Shown here one piece after another: positions 1 through 10,619 of a stretch of DNA of 64,000 nt; position 1 is the first letter of the stretch; every line of letters begins with the position of its first letter. The position numbers were made by a program, and so were the translations under genes. The notes beneath the pieces were generated by a model, which did no database searches, was not told the DNA's origin, and worked only from the letters and a program-made list of their open reading frames with translations. The stretch covers positions 48,174,001 to 48,238,000 of the forward strand of contig OX597818.1 in assembly GCA_951406725.2 (NCBI GenBank), written 5' to 3'. This stretch comes from Octopus vulgaris (taxonomy: Eukaryota).

Positions 1-213
1 AGGAATCATATTTACCTCAAATTCTGCTTGTTCCCTCTATCTTTCATCTAATTCGTTTTTTTTTTTTTTTCCTTGATACTTCTTCCCCACCTTATCTTCT
101 TCCACGGTTAAGAAATTGGAGAAGAGAACATAAGTTCTACTCAAGATTTCTCCCCCGTCCCCTTCTCTCTCTCTAATTGAAGCTTTTTAATTTTTGAAAC
201 CGAAATTCCTTAA

Positions 214-438
214 CCCTTTAGCATCATGGTTATTATTCTGTCGAATGTAATGCTTATTTGTTCACATTGTTTTGAATTAATCATACACTATTTTGTAACT
301 TTGAGATTTCAATGATGCGATTATATATTTTTTAGAATGACATTGTAGGATAGGTATGACAGGCCAGATCTGACCAATTTGAACAAAAAAACAGGTAGAA
401 TATTTGGGTCGGATATGGCTTGTTTAAATGCTAAAGGG
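214..438. mobile_element. piggyBac-type MITE
   Basis: TTAA|CCCTTTAGCAT ... ATGCTAAAGGG|TTAA: TIR with CCC/GGG ends and TTAA target duplication. Confidence 0.8.
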
Positions 439-1064
439 TTAAAATTGTTTTGCTGAGTCGATAATTCTTTAATTGAAATGTAGTATGCAATTTAAGACTC
501 GTAAGAAACTGTAAGGAATTTTTGGAAAAAAAAAGAAATTCTTAAAGCATATTTTATTTCAAATATTTCTTCTATTAACATATGAGCAATCTTCTTTGCA
601 CTGGGTATTAAACCTTTCCTTTTTTTCTCTCTCTCTCTCTCTTTCTAACATGCTTGTTTATTTTGGGATTTTTTTTTTATCTCCTGCTATTGACTTGTTG
701 CTTGTTACTTCCACACAAATCTCCTAAATAATTGTCATATCCACCTGAATGCTTCAATTGTTTGTCCTATTCACTTCTTGTATGCTTAAAAAATTCACTG
801 TTGCGCTGAGAGCAAAAAAATAAAGAAAGAAAGAAATGCATTCTAATATTGATAGAAAATAACTTTCCATTATAATTAATTTGTAGTTGTTTTGATTAAT
901 AAATATTCAACATTAATGTATCAAATTAAATTTCGTATTGATTCATTCTTTTTTAAGCTAGATTGATTTAACTTTGAGATTTTGAATATTTAAGAAACGG
1001 AGAGAGTAAATGAATTTTTGACTACTTTTTTTCCTGTGGAATTAATTGAAAGGAACGTGGTTGT

Positions 1065-1329
1065 TGCCATCGCCACCTCAATGGCACGTAAAAAGCACCA
1101 TCCGATCGTGGCCGTTAGCCAGCCTCGCCTGGCACCTGTGCCAGTGACACGTAAAAAGCACCCACTACACTCACAGAGTGGTTGGTGTTAGGAAGGGCAT
1201 CCAGCCGTAGAAACATTGCCAGATCAGACTGAGCTTGATGCACCCTTCTGGCTTCCCAGACCCCAGTTGAACCGTCCAACCCATGCTAGCATGGAAAGCG
1301 GATGCTAAACAATGATGATGATGATGATG
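1065..1329 (+). mobile_element. RTE-type LINE 3' UTR fragment with (GAT)n tail
   Basis: Contains GTTGGYGTTAGGAAGGGCATCCAGC and ends CCAACCCATGCTAGCATGG...(GAT)n. The same 3' UTR is attached to an RTE ORF end at 12889-13356. Confidence 0.75.
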
Positions 1330-1363
1330 GACTGCCTAGATTTTTGTTGGCTCTGCCATCTTG

Positions 1364-1711
1364 ATATAATAATGAAATTATTGTATACAGTGCTCAGGTG
1401 CACCACAACTTATCAAAAGTGCATATAAAGCATATGCAGTAATGTACAAATGTCTGGAAAGTGAACAGTGTATGAGTCAGATACATGCTTGCGTGTGTAT
1501 GGAGGGGGGAAAATCAGGTGTAGTGTTGGCAAATCTCAGGAAGCATGGAAGTTTTGAAGGATGCAGTGCTCTGACAACTAACAACTGATGCTGGCAGTTT
1601 GTTCCATGCTTCAGCAACTCTTAGCGTGAAAAAATGTTTCCGAAAGTCATGGGAGCTGTGCTGTTTTCAGACTTTGTAAACATGTCCACGGGTGTTAGAC
1701 AGGTGGAATTT
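1364..1711 (-). mobile_element. CR1-clade LINE 3' end fragment
   Basis: Minus strand encodes NTRGHVYKV..QHSSHDFRKHFFTLRVAEAWNKLPASVVSC..ASFK, the CR1 ORF2 C-terminal motif (TRGH...FF..RV...WN.LP..VV). Second copy at 19591-19940. Confidence 0.8.
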
Positions 1712-2471
1712 GAGTTTTATTAAATGAGTCTTCTTTAAAAAGAAGTCTCATTTAATAAAATGTAATTAGGAGCAAACTATATCTAAAGCATGGGATGATT
1801 AAGACTAAAATGTCTTTGATGATAGGGCATTGTTGACTAAATATTTACACTAAACCTATCTACTGCTAAATCATAGGAAATATATTCACAGAACGAAGAC
1901 TGTTTGTGTCTGAGTAAGTAATGCACTTGGTTAAGAAATATCTCATCGTCAGTACATTTATTATGTCATGTGACCATTCTTAACCATCCATTGTTTGTGC
2001 AATGAAAACACTCTTTGTAACTTTTCTTGAAAGTGCCTCTGTTTGTTACAGAAAGACTGGTTGTATTAGCTTTGGGAATATAGTGGTTTTTTTTTGGTTA
2101 GGTTTTTTTTTTTTTTTTTTGGGATGTTACACTGACAGAAGGCTTTATGTACATGTAACAGAGGGTGGCAGTGGTCGAGATGTGATGATACGATATGATA
2201 ATCTTGCCTTTCTGAAGTAAGTTGAAGCGGACTGTCTACGATATGGCCAGATCTGTAAACTGAGTCAAGGACTTGACTTGTTAGACAGTTACTTCAAATT
2301 TTCTTTATAGTTTGAGAAATATTAGATACATACATACACGAACATAACATTTCAGCATTAAAAGACAGAAGAAATGAGATTGTGTGATGTTCATGCCTCA
2401 TTCAAAGACATTGGTTGTACTCATTATATTTTGACAATTAATTAGTTATTGCAATTTTTGTTTCCTTTCAG

Positions 2472-2584
2472 CTCCAATGATGATTCCCCTTTTGGTCCCC
2501 TTACTCAACGGCTTGTTACTGCACTTATTGAAGAACATGTAATGGCACCAGTTGACGATACGACAGCGGATATAAGCACTAAAG
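2472..2584 (+). CDS. TADA3: TADA3 internal coding exon (first clearly identifiable in window)
   Basis: Pyrimidine tract + AG at 2470-2471, GT at 2585. Translates (x)SNDDSPFGPLTQRLVTALIEEHVMAPVDDTTADISTK, matching the Ada3 motif PFG.LTQRL..AL.EE. Ends in phase 1, compatible with the next exon. Confidence 0.92.
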
Positions 2585-2643
2585 GTATTAAATGCTTTAC
2601 AGCTGATTGACTTTATCACTTTCTCACTACTTGAATTAATAAT

Positions 2644-2939
2644 TACAGAGATGTTCTTGCATAGCAAGTGACCTGATCTGAGATCGTGTGTGCTGGAACG
2701 AAAACAATTGCAGCGTGGAAGGTGTTTATAAGCCATTTAAGAAACACACAAATACCATTAGATTCACTTCAACATTTAAATTTAATTTGTCAAAATATTT
2801 TCATCGCTTTGAGACAGCAACCTGTTCACTGACAAAACTTCGACAAAAATATTTTGACAAATTAAATTTAAATGTTGAAGTGAATCTAACGGTTTTTGTG
2901 TGTTTCTTAAATGGCTCATAAATACCTTCCACGCTGCAA
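2644..2939 (-). mobile_element. Penelope-like (pLTR-type) insertion with inverted duplication and 13-bp TSD
   Basis: TTGAATTAATAAT duplicated at 2631-2643 and 2940-2952. Internal ~97-bp inverted arms (2705-2801 / 2846-2942). Hammerhead-like fold on the minus strand. Confidence 0.65.
2786..2836 (-). ncRNA. Minimal type-I hammerhead ribozyme motif, G3-C8 core variant
   Basis: Reverse complement reads TTTGTCA-GTGAACA-G-GTTGCT-gtctcaa-AGCGAT-GAA-AATATT-T-TGACAAA: 7-bp stem I, core GUGANCA, stem II, GAA, palindromic stem III AATATT, UH site. Confidence 0.7.
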
Positions 2940-3932
2940 TTGAATTAATAATATTATAACAAAAGTTCTAAGGCCCTAAATATTTATAAATGAGTTTTGG
3001 AAAGAATTTTTTGGCCAACATTTTGAATATACTACATATATGCTATATTTGTTGTTAATAATATTGTTTAGCAACAAGTTTGCCCTGATTAAGCAAGCCT
3101 GTGGTCAAAGGCATTCCATCCATGGCCATTCCATCTTTATGTAGCTGAGACTATATTGTTTACTATGTCCTTATTTAAGACTAGATTTGATTTGAGAGAG
3201 ATTTTTGCTGCTATTTGTAGCAGTTCAAATGACTATATCAGCTTCCTCATTGCCTTTCACAGGTTTTAGAAACAGCAGCGTTGATTTGCATTAAATAATT
3301 TATTGCTACATGTGTGACTGTGTGGTTAAGAAGCTTGCTTCCCAACCATGTGGTCTCAGGTTCAATCCCACTGCATGGCACCTTGGGCAAGTGTCTTTTA
3401 CTATTGCCCTAGGCCAATCAAAGTCTTGTGAGTGAATTTGGTAGACAGAAACTGAGAGAAGCCCATTTTATATATGCATGTATTAGTGTATGTGTGAGCA
3501 TATGCACCCTTGTCTCGGCATCACAAGTCAAGCAACATCATCGTATAGTTTCCATGGGAAATTTGACTGCCTGGAAACAGGTGAGTATTGACGACAGAAA
3601 TGGTATGCGGCTGTAGAAAATTTGACTCAACAAATTCCATCTGACTCATGCAAACATGGAAAAGTAGATGTTACTTTGAAGTTTTATTGATATACAAATT
3701 CAAACTTTTTTTCTGTTTTTTTATATATTTTATTTATTTATTTTATTGAATCTTATCTAACATACATTTTACTCTAACAATACAGAAAATCCCTTTGTTC
3801 ACTAACTTTATATATTTTGCTTTAGTAACAATTTCACCATTCACAGATTAAATGTTGAATAGAATTTGCTCTATTTTGATATTTCAAAAGGTTTCATATC
3901 GAAATATTTGATGAATTTTTTTTACATTTCAG

Positions 3933-4040
3933 ACCTAGAAGATCCACCATCAATTTCTCCAAAGATGTTAGCCAAACAGCTAAATATCAGCAATGCTGTT
4001 CAGCTTGAAAAAAGAATTAAAAAAGAACTAGAAGAACAAG
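3933..4040 (+). CDS. TADA3: TADA3 internal coding exon
   Basis: tttcAG|AC...CAAG|GT, 108 nt, phase 1-1. DLEDPPSISPKMLAKQLNISNAVQLEKRIKKELEEQ(G), compare the vertebrate LESRIKEELIAQG motif. Confidence 0.9.
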
Positions 4041-4433
4041 GTTAATTCATTTACATTAAAATATTCACTCAAAGTCATTTCGCTAATTGCACACAACTCC
4101 TATGGGGCAGGGACTAAAATATGTTTTCAACAATTTTCTGTTGTAAATTACATAGGGATTAATTGCATGTATGCCAGAGAGAAAGAGAGAGAGAGAGAGA
4201 GAACCATATCACCCCCCCCCCACTCACCTTAAGGAGGGGTTAATGATATGGATTTGGATAATTAATATAGATGCAGGCATGGCTGTATGGTTTAGAAGTT
4301 TCCTTTCCTATCATTTAGTTTTGGGTTCGGTTACACTGCACAGCGCCTTGAGCAAATGTCTTCTATATCTCGAGGTCAATCAAAGACTGGTAAGTGTGAA
4401 TTTGATAGACAGAAATTGAGAGAGGCCCATCAT

Positions 4434-4464
<31 letters not shown>

Positions 4465-4519
4465 TCTTGTTTTTAACCGTTACTGTCTTCAAAAAAGTCT
4501 TTTTCGTTTCATGTTCATC

Positions 4520-4730
4520 TCTGTTGCGTTTGCATTCTTTCCTTCTACCAAGAGATCTAATGCCCACAGCTTAGTTTTCCTTGGGGCTGGCCGATTCGGA
4601 GCAGATCTCAGAATTAAAGAGCCGAAATTTGCAATGATGAATCGGTTTCTGACTGAAGAATGAAGGCTTTGAATGACCTGTCTGTTTTTCATGTTCGTCC
4701 CTTCGTGTATTTCACGTTATTTATATTTAT
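4520..4730 (+). mobile_element. (TA)n-associated dispersed repeat; further copies at ~27850-28110, ~50755-51060, ~57821-58020 in the opposite orientation
   Basis: Shared core GGGGCTGGCCAGATYGGAGCAATCTCAAGATTAATCAGCCGAAATTGC...GACTGAAGA (this copy is diverged). Every copy sits next to (TA)n or (TG)n tracts. Confidence 0.6.
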
Positions 4731-4743
4731 ATATGTAAAGTTT

Positions 4744-4780
<37 letters not shown>

Positions 4781-4990
4781 GGGAGAGTTTACGAAAAAAA
4801 CAAAAGACGAAGACAGGTGGTGTACAAAACAAACAGATGTATTAGTATAACGCTCAAGAATAGAAAAAGTCTTTTACATTTCGAGCCTACGCTCTTCTAC
4901 AGAAAGGGACACAGAAAAAACAAGGAGAGAAAAAAATGTGTGTAGTGGCTAACGATCTATCATGGCGACTGGCTCGGACAGAAGGGTCAC
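4781..4990 (-). mobile_element. Small (TA)n-embedded repeat, probably a Penelope-like end; second copy at 37294-37483
   Basis: Two similar copies, both directly abutting (TA)n. Both carry a hammerhead-like motif on the minus strand. Confidence 0.55.
4869..4910 (-). ncRNA. Hammerhead-like motif (U at core position 6)
   Basis: Reverse complement: GTCC-CTTT-CTGTAGA-A-GAGC-gtag-GCTC-GAA-ATGT-A-AAAG-AC. Confidence 0.45.
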
Positions 4991-6046
4991 ACACGAGAGG
5001 GAAAGTAGGGGAGATAACAAAGTAAAGATGACCCCCAACACAAAGATGCGTGTGTGTATAAGAGAGTATGTATGTGTGTGTGAAAGAGGGCTGGTGGTCT
5101 GGACATGTGTGTGGGTGGTGTGTTGTGATGTGATGTGTAATATATGGTGTAATGTGGTGTTAGGAGGTGGGGATGGCACGGGTGGGGTGTGGGATAGGAT
5201 GGGGGCATGGGAAGGTGGAGTAGGAATGTGTAGGGGTGGGTGGGTGGGCTTACGGGGGAGGGGGTAGGTGTGTGAGGTGAGAGAAAGAGAGGGTGAAAGA
5301 GTAAGCCCATGTTCCATCCAAGCCATGCCAGCATAGAAAACACATTAAAAAAGGATGAAGGTTATATATATATATAGTAAGTGTGTCTATGTGTTTGTTT
5401 ACATGTGTGCTCTAAGAAAGTCACTATGAGTAGTGATAGTGTTATCACTTCTGTCTAACCCATGCTAGCATGGAAAAACTAATGAACAAATTTATCTCTT
5501 AGGGTGAGGTATCTTAAATCAAAATAAAATAATCTATGGGTAATAACTTATGTGAGCCAAGGGAATGAATTTGAATAATTAGATTGAAGTGTGAGGAACT
5601 GAATGTTGTATGTAATAAATTCTTAACTGAAATTTTTCTCTTGTAAGAAGTAAGCATAACTTGATGGCAATTGTTAGCAACTCTGAAAGAATTAGGGAAA
5701 CAATTTCAAGAAAATCAATTAATTTCTCAAGTTTATTTCCTGTATATGGCCTAAAATATGTACAGGTATATTAGTTGCCGCCACAATTTCAGCAGCACAT
5801 ATTCAGGGAAATAAATTCTTTAGTGCATTAAGGCATGTAATATAGACCCAACTTCACATATAGGACCTACACTGATTTTCCTTTGAGAATTTGATTTTAG
5901 AAAAAAAAAATGCACCTTATATATGTTTAGAGAAAGAATAGTCTGTTATTAGTTTGCATTCAAGGAACTTCTACAAACATGTTTCAGTTTATTATTTTGG
6001 CCAAAAATATCCATAGATCTTTTCTATAAAAAAAAAATGTATATTT

Positions 6047-6432
6047 TTGGTAAGTAGCTTGCTTATGAACCACATAGTTCCAGGTTCAGTCCCACTACAT
6101 TGCACCATGGGCAAGTGTCTTTTATTATAGCCTTGGGCCGACCAAAGCCTTGTGAGTGGATTTGGTAGATGGAAACTGAAAGAAGCCCGTCGTATATATG
6201 TATATATATATATATATGTGTGTGTATGTTTGTGTGTCTGTGTTTGTCCCCCCAACATCGCTCGACAACCGATGCTGGTGTGTTTACGTCCCTGTAACTT
6301 AGCGGTTCGGCAAAAGAGACCAATAGAACAAGTACTAGGCTTACAAAAGAATAAGTCCTGGGGTCGATTTCTTCAACTAAATGCGGTGCTCCAGCATGGC
6401 CACAGTCAAATGACTGAAACAAGTAAAAGAGT
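6047..6432 (+). mobile_element. SINE family A (tRNA-derived head, internal (TA)n(TG)n, GTAAAAGA tail)
   Basis: B-box GGTTCAGTCCC and the family body GGCCGACCAAAGCCTTGTGAGTGGATTTGGTAGA...GCTCCAGCATGGCC.CAGTCAAATGACTGAAACAAGTAAAAGAG. About 30 whole or partial copies in the window. Confidence 0.85.
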
Positions 6433-6483
6433 ATTTACTGTTCTGACTGTACTATGCATCTCTTACCTCATCTTTTCCTAAAC

Positions 6484-6868
6484 ATAGGTACAGGAGTGGC
6501 TGTGTGGTAGGTAGCTTGCTTACCAGCCACATGGTTCCGGGTTCAGTCCCAATGCATGGCACCTTGGGTTGGGCAAGTGTCTTCTACTGTAGCCTTGGGC
6601 TGACCAGGGCCTTGTGGGTGGATTTGGTAGACGGAAACTAAAAGAAGCCTGTCCTAAACATATATATATATATGTATGTGTGTCTCCCCACCATTGCTTG
6701 ACAGCTGATGCCAGTGTGTTTACATCCCCATAGCTTGGCGGTTCGGCAGAGGATACTGATAGAATAGGTGCTAGGCTTACAGGGAATAAGTCCTAGAGTC
6801 GATTTGTTCGACTAAAGGCAGTGCTCCAGCATGGCTGCAGTCAAATGACTGAAACAAATAGAAGAGTA
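6484..6868 (+). mobile_element. SINE family A copy
   Basis: A-box TGGCTGTGTGG, B-box GGTTCAGTCCC and full body. Confidence 0.85.
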
Positions 6869-6914
6869 TATAAATTGATTTGAGAAATTGGACCTGAATT
6901 TCTTGAGGTTATAC

Positions 6915-7227
6915 TCTTACTCTTTACTCTTTTACTTGTTTCAGTCATTTGACTGCGGCCATGCTGGAGCACCGCCTTTAGTCGAGCAAATCGACCCCGG
7001 GACTTATTCTTAAACACAGACACACAAACATATACACACACACACGTATATATACATATATACGACAGGCTTCTTTCAGTTTCCGTCTACCAAATCCACT
7101 CACAAGGCATTGGTCGGCCCGGGGCTATAGCAGAAGACACTTGCCCAAGATGCCACGCAGTGGATCTGAACCCGGAACCATGTGGTTGGTTAGCAAGCTA
7201 CTTACCACACAGCCACTCCTGCGCCTA
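6915..7227 (-). mobile_element. SINE family A copy (internally deleted), inverted relative to its neighbours
   Basis: Reverse complement of the family head and tail. Central segment missing near 7010. Confidence 0.85.
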
Positions 7228-7419
7228 TCTTCAGTTTTCTTTCATAGTCAGGAGCAACTGCAGCTTGCTTTGTGTTTTCGTCCTCCAGTCAAGGGGCAAA
7301 TTACAGTATCTTAATTACTTAGGTTGTACATTATTGATGACCTGCGTTTGTGGGGTTTTAAAAGTCTTTCTTTCTCTTTTTGTTTATTTTTAATTGTTTT
7401 TATTGATTTTTAAATACAG

Positions 7420-7613
7420 GAATTTTGGATTTTGATGAAAAAGTTGAAGATAACCCGGATGATGAAATTCTCTCAGAATTACGCCGAAAACAAGAAGAAC
7501 TAAAAGCCATCAATCATCAAAACACAATAATGACAAAAAGATTAATGAAATTGGCAAGAGAGGAAATAGAATCTCAGAAGCTTAGAAAAAAATTAGTTGC
7601 ACTTGATGCTGAA
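7420..7613 (+). CDS. TADA3: TADA3 internal coding exon (coiled-coil)
   Basis: tacAG|GA...GAA|GTAAGT. GILDFDEKVEDNPDDEILSELRRKQEELKAINHQNTIMTKRLMKLAREEIESQKLRKKLVALDAE, compare DEVLAELRKRQAELKA in vertebrate TADA3. Phase 1-0. Confidence 0.93.
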
Positions 7614-7870
7614 GTAAGTCATTTGATTAAATATCCCTTTCAGTTAAAAGTTAGATGTTACAAGCGAATTAAAACTTCACTTCCCAACCACATGGTTCTA
7701 TGTTCTGTCCCTTGGATAAATATTTTCTTCTATAGTCTGACCAAAGCTTTTCTCAAGTAGGCAGAAAGTGAAAGTGAAAGAAGCCCCGCCCCTTAAGTAG
7801 CAGGCTTTAAAAACAAATGTAGCATTGGCATCTGAGATGCATCGTTTGTAGGAGATTTTAAAGTTATATT

Positions 7871-8083
7871 CTTTTCTGCTCTAGGCACAAGGCCCGAAAT
7901 TTTCAGGGAGGGGATCAGTCGATTATATCAACCCCAGTACACAACTGGTACTTAATTTATCAACCCCGAAAGGATGAAAGGCAAAGTCGACCTCGGCGGA
8001 ATTTGAACTCAGAACGTAACGACAGGCGAAATACCGCTAAGCCTTTCGCCCGAGGTGCTAACGTCTCTGCCAGCTCACTGCCT
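7871..8083 (-). mobile_element. SINE family B (core resembling the Meta/MESC-type SINE domain)
   Basis: Element strand: GAGCTGGCAGA (A-box-like), GAGTTCAAATTCC (B-box), GTCGACTTTGCCTTTCATCCTTTCGGGGT.GATAAATTAAGTACC core. Assignment to the Meta domain is from recall. Confidence 0.8.
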
Positions 8084-8104
8084 TGATTTAAAAATATATT
8101 GAAG

Positions 8105-8860
8105 CAGGGGTCACCAGACTTTTTCAACCATTGACCCTCTTTAGCCACTTCTCCTTCGGCATTGACCACCCTCCTCATTTAAAATACCTTAATACCCTAC
8201 CCTACCGTACCATATCTTAAATTGGGTACTGATGCTGCCAATTAAAATGTTAGTTAAAAGATACATGTGTGGAGGCGCATGGCTTAGTGCTTAGGGTGTC
8301 AGCATCATGATCGTAAGATTGTGGTTTCGATTCCTGGACTGGGTAATGCATTGTGTTCTTGAGCAAAACACTCCATTTCACATTGCTCCAGTCCACTCAG
8401 CTGGCAAAAATGAGTAGCGCTGGGATGGACTGGCATTCCGTACAGCTGGGGAACACATACACCATCGAAACCGGGAAACTGGGCCCATGAGCCTAGGCTT
8501 TAAAAGGGCGCATTTATTTTTTATTTATTTTTAAAAGATACATGTACGACAAATTAAGAAATTCTGTTGAAGATGACGATACACACTTTATATTTAAAAC
8601 TATGTGTGTGAGTATACAGTATTAAACTTTCAATTTTTATGAAGTTGTTTTCACGGTTAGAAAATGTGAAAAATGCATCATATTGCTGGAATATCTTTTA
8701 TTGAAATTGACAACATCCATGTGAGGGATGAGCATGGCGCTGGCTAAGTATTTCAAGCAGTTCATGTGGGTGGGCTGGTCTTTCACACGTCGACCCCTTG
8801 GCTATCATTGACCCCTTTAATTCCTCTCTGACCCCTAGGGTCCCCCTTTGGCAACCCCTG
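8105..8860. mobile_element. hAT-type non-autonomous element with a nested SINE
   Basis: CAGGGGT...ACCCCTG termini and a perfect 8-bp TSD TATTGAAG (8097-8104, 8861-8868). Confidence 0.85.
8269..8530 (+). mobile_element. SINE family C (tRNA head, GATGGACTGGC V-domain-like segment)
   Basis: TGGCTTAGTG A-box, GGTTTCGATTCC B-box, 15-bp TSD TTAAAAGATACATGT (8254-8268, 8531-8545). Relatives at ~29941, ~30257, ~48124, ~53040-53305 and ~53735-54125. Confidence 0.8.
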
Positions 8861-8898
8861 TATTGAAGGATTCTCCAGTTTCAGTTCTGTTGTTCCCA

Positions 8899-9382
8899 TC
8901 ATCATCATCATCATTTAACATCCACTTTCCATGGGTTGGACGATTTTGACTGAGGGTTGGCGAAACAGACGGCCGCACCAGGCTCCAATCTTGATCTGGC
9001 AGAGTTTCTACAGCTGGATGCCCTTCCTAACGCCAACCACTCCGAGAGTGTAGTGGGTGCTTTTTACATGCCACCAGCACGGAGGCCAGTCAGGCAGTAC
9101 TAGCAACGACCTTGCTCGAATCTTTTTACACATGCCACCGGCACAGGTGCCAGTAAGGCGACATTGGTAACGATCACGCTCAAATGGTGCCCTTTTACGT
9201 GCCAGTTGGCTCCTCTGGCAATGATCACGCTCGGATGGTGCTCTTGGCACCCTACTAGCACAGGCACAAATGCCAGTAAGGCGATGCTGGTAACGATCAC
9301 ACTCAAATGGTGCCCTTTTATGTGCCACTGGCACGGAAGCCAGTTAGCCACTCTGTCAACGATCACCCTCGGATGGTGCTGA
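8899..9382 (-). mobile_element. RTE LINE 3' UTR fragment with internal tandem subrepeats
   Basis: (ATC)n tail at 8899, family motif, and repeated ~55-60 bp GATCACGCTC...GGTGC units. Confidence 0.75.
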
Positions 9383-9654
9383 TTGATTTTTTTTTTAACT
9401 TTGGTTGAAATAATGATTTACATTTTGAAGTAATGGACTCATGTAAAAGCATTGAATAAACTTTAATAAAAGTAAACAAAATAGAACTGAATATAACAGC
9501 TATGATGTCATATATCAACAGAAAATACCAAGTAATGTCTGAAAAGGCTTGTCAGTCTGCCTCATGGTCCCAGCTGACAAAATGGGAAAGGCATTGCTCT
9601 GGAGGATAGTGAGAGAGATACAAAACGCAAGTCAATTATATGTTATTGATTGGT

Positions 9655-10010
9655 GCAGATCGCCTCGACTGGCTTCCGTGTCGGTGGCACGTAAAAAGCA
9701 CCATCCGAATCGTGGCCGAAGCCAGTGCCGCCTCGACTGGCTTCTGTGCAGGTGGCACATAAAATGCACCAATCCGACCGTGGCCGATGCCAGCCTCGCC
9801 TGGCACCAGTGCAGGTGGCACGTAAAAAGCACCCACTACACTCACGGAGTGGTTGGCGTTAGGAAGGGCATCCAGCTGTAGAAACATTGCCAGATAAGAC
9901 CGGAGCCTGGTGCAGCCTTCTGGCTTCCCAGATCCCCGGTCGAACCGTCCAACCCATGCTAGCATGGAGAACGGACGTTAAACGATGATGATGATGATGA
10001 TGATGATGAT
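9655..10010 (+). mobile_element. RTE LINE 3' UTR fragment
   Basis: Repeated GGCACGTAAAAAGCACC units, family motif and (GAT)n tail. Confidence 0.75.
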
Positions 10011-10190
10011 GGCCTTGTGGTTAAGAAGCTTGCTTCCCATCCATGTGATTCTAGGTTCAATTCCATTGAACAGCACTTTGGTGATGATGATGATGACAAT
10101 GATTCCAGAAGGATGAAATTCAAAGTTGCCCCAGCGGGATTTGAACATAGTACAAAAACCACAAACCATTTGGTCCATCATTCTAAACAA

Positions 10191-10522
10191 TAACAAGAGC
10201 ACTCAGCGCAAACCTTCGCCAAGGCAACACCAATGTCCTCTCAATGATTAGCCAGAGACGATTTTTAAAATGAGAATATCTGAAATAAATTCGACTGCTC
10301 TCACAAACGAGAATACTGAAAATGAACCCAACTACTCTCAAAAATTAAGTAAAAAAAAAACGAGAAAATAATCCAGAACCCTTGTTTGGTACCAGATCGA
10401 TTCTAAAACCTAATCAGTTTGTGCCAGTCACTAGGCCAGACATCCCTAAAAGTTTCATCCATGGACAAACAAACAAACATGACTGAAAACAATACCTCTA
10501 CCTTCACTAAGGCAGAGGCAAA
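10191..10522. mobile_element. Probable Helentron-associated (HINE/DINE-like) non-autonomous element
   Basis: AACAAGAGC start, subterminal ACCTTCGCC, (ACAA)n microsatellite and terminal hairpin CCTCTACCTT...AAGGCAGAGG. Family call from architecture only. Confidence 0.45.
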
Positions 10523-10619
10523 TATGCTGTTGGTTAAATTTATGTTTCTTTCTGTTAGAAAGTGTTGACAGATTTGAGATTATTTTTTTATTTATGAGGA
10601 ATATTTGAAGGATCTTGGG

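Noticed and set aside
7614-7760. Extension of the 7425-7760 ORF as coding
   Set aside because: TADA3 similarity stops at the GTAAGT donor (7614) and resumes at 11283. The extension is intron with SINE remnants.
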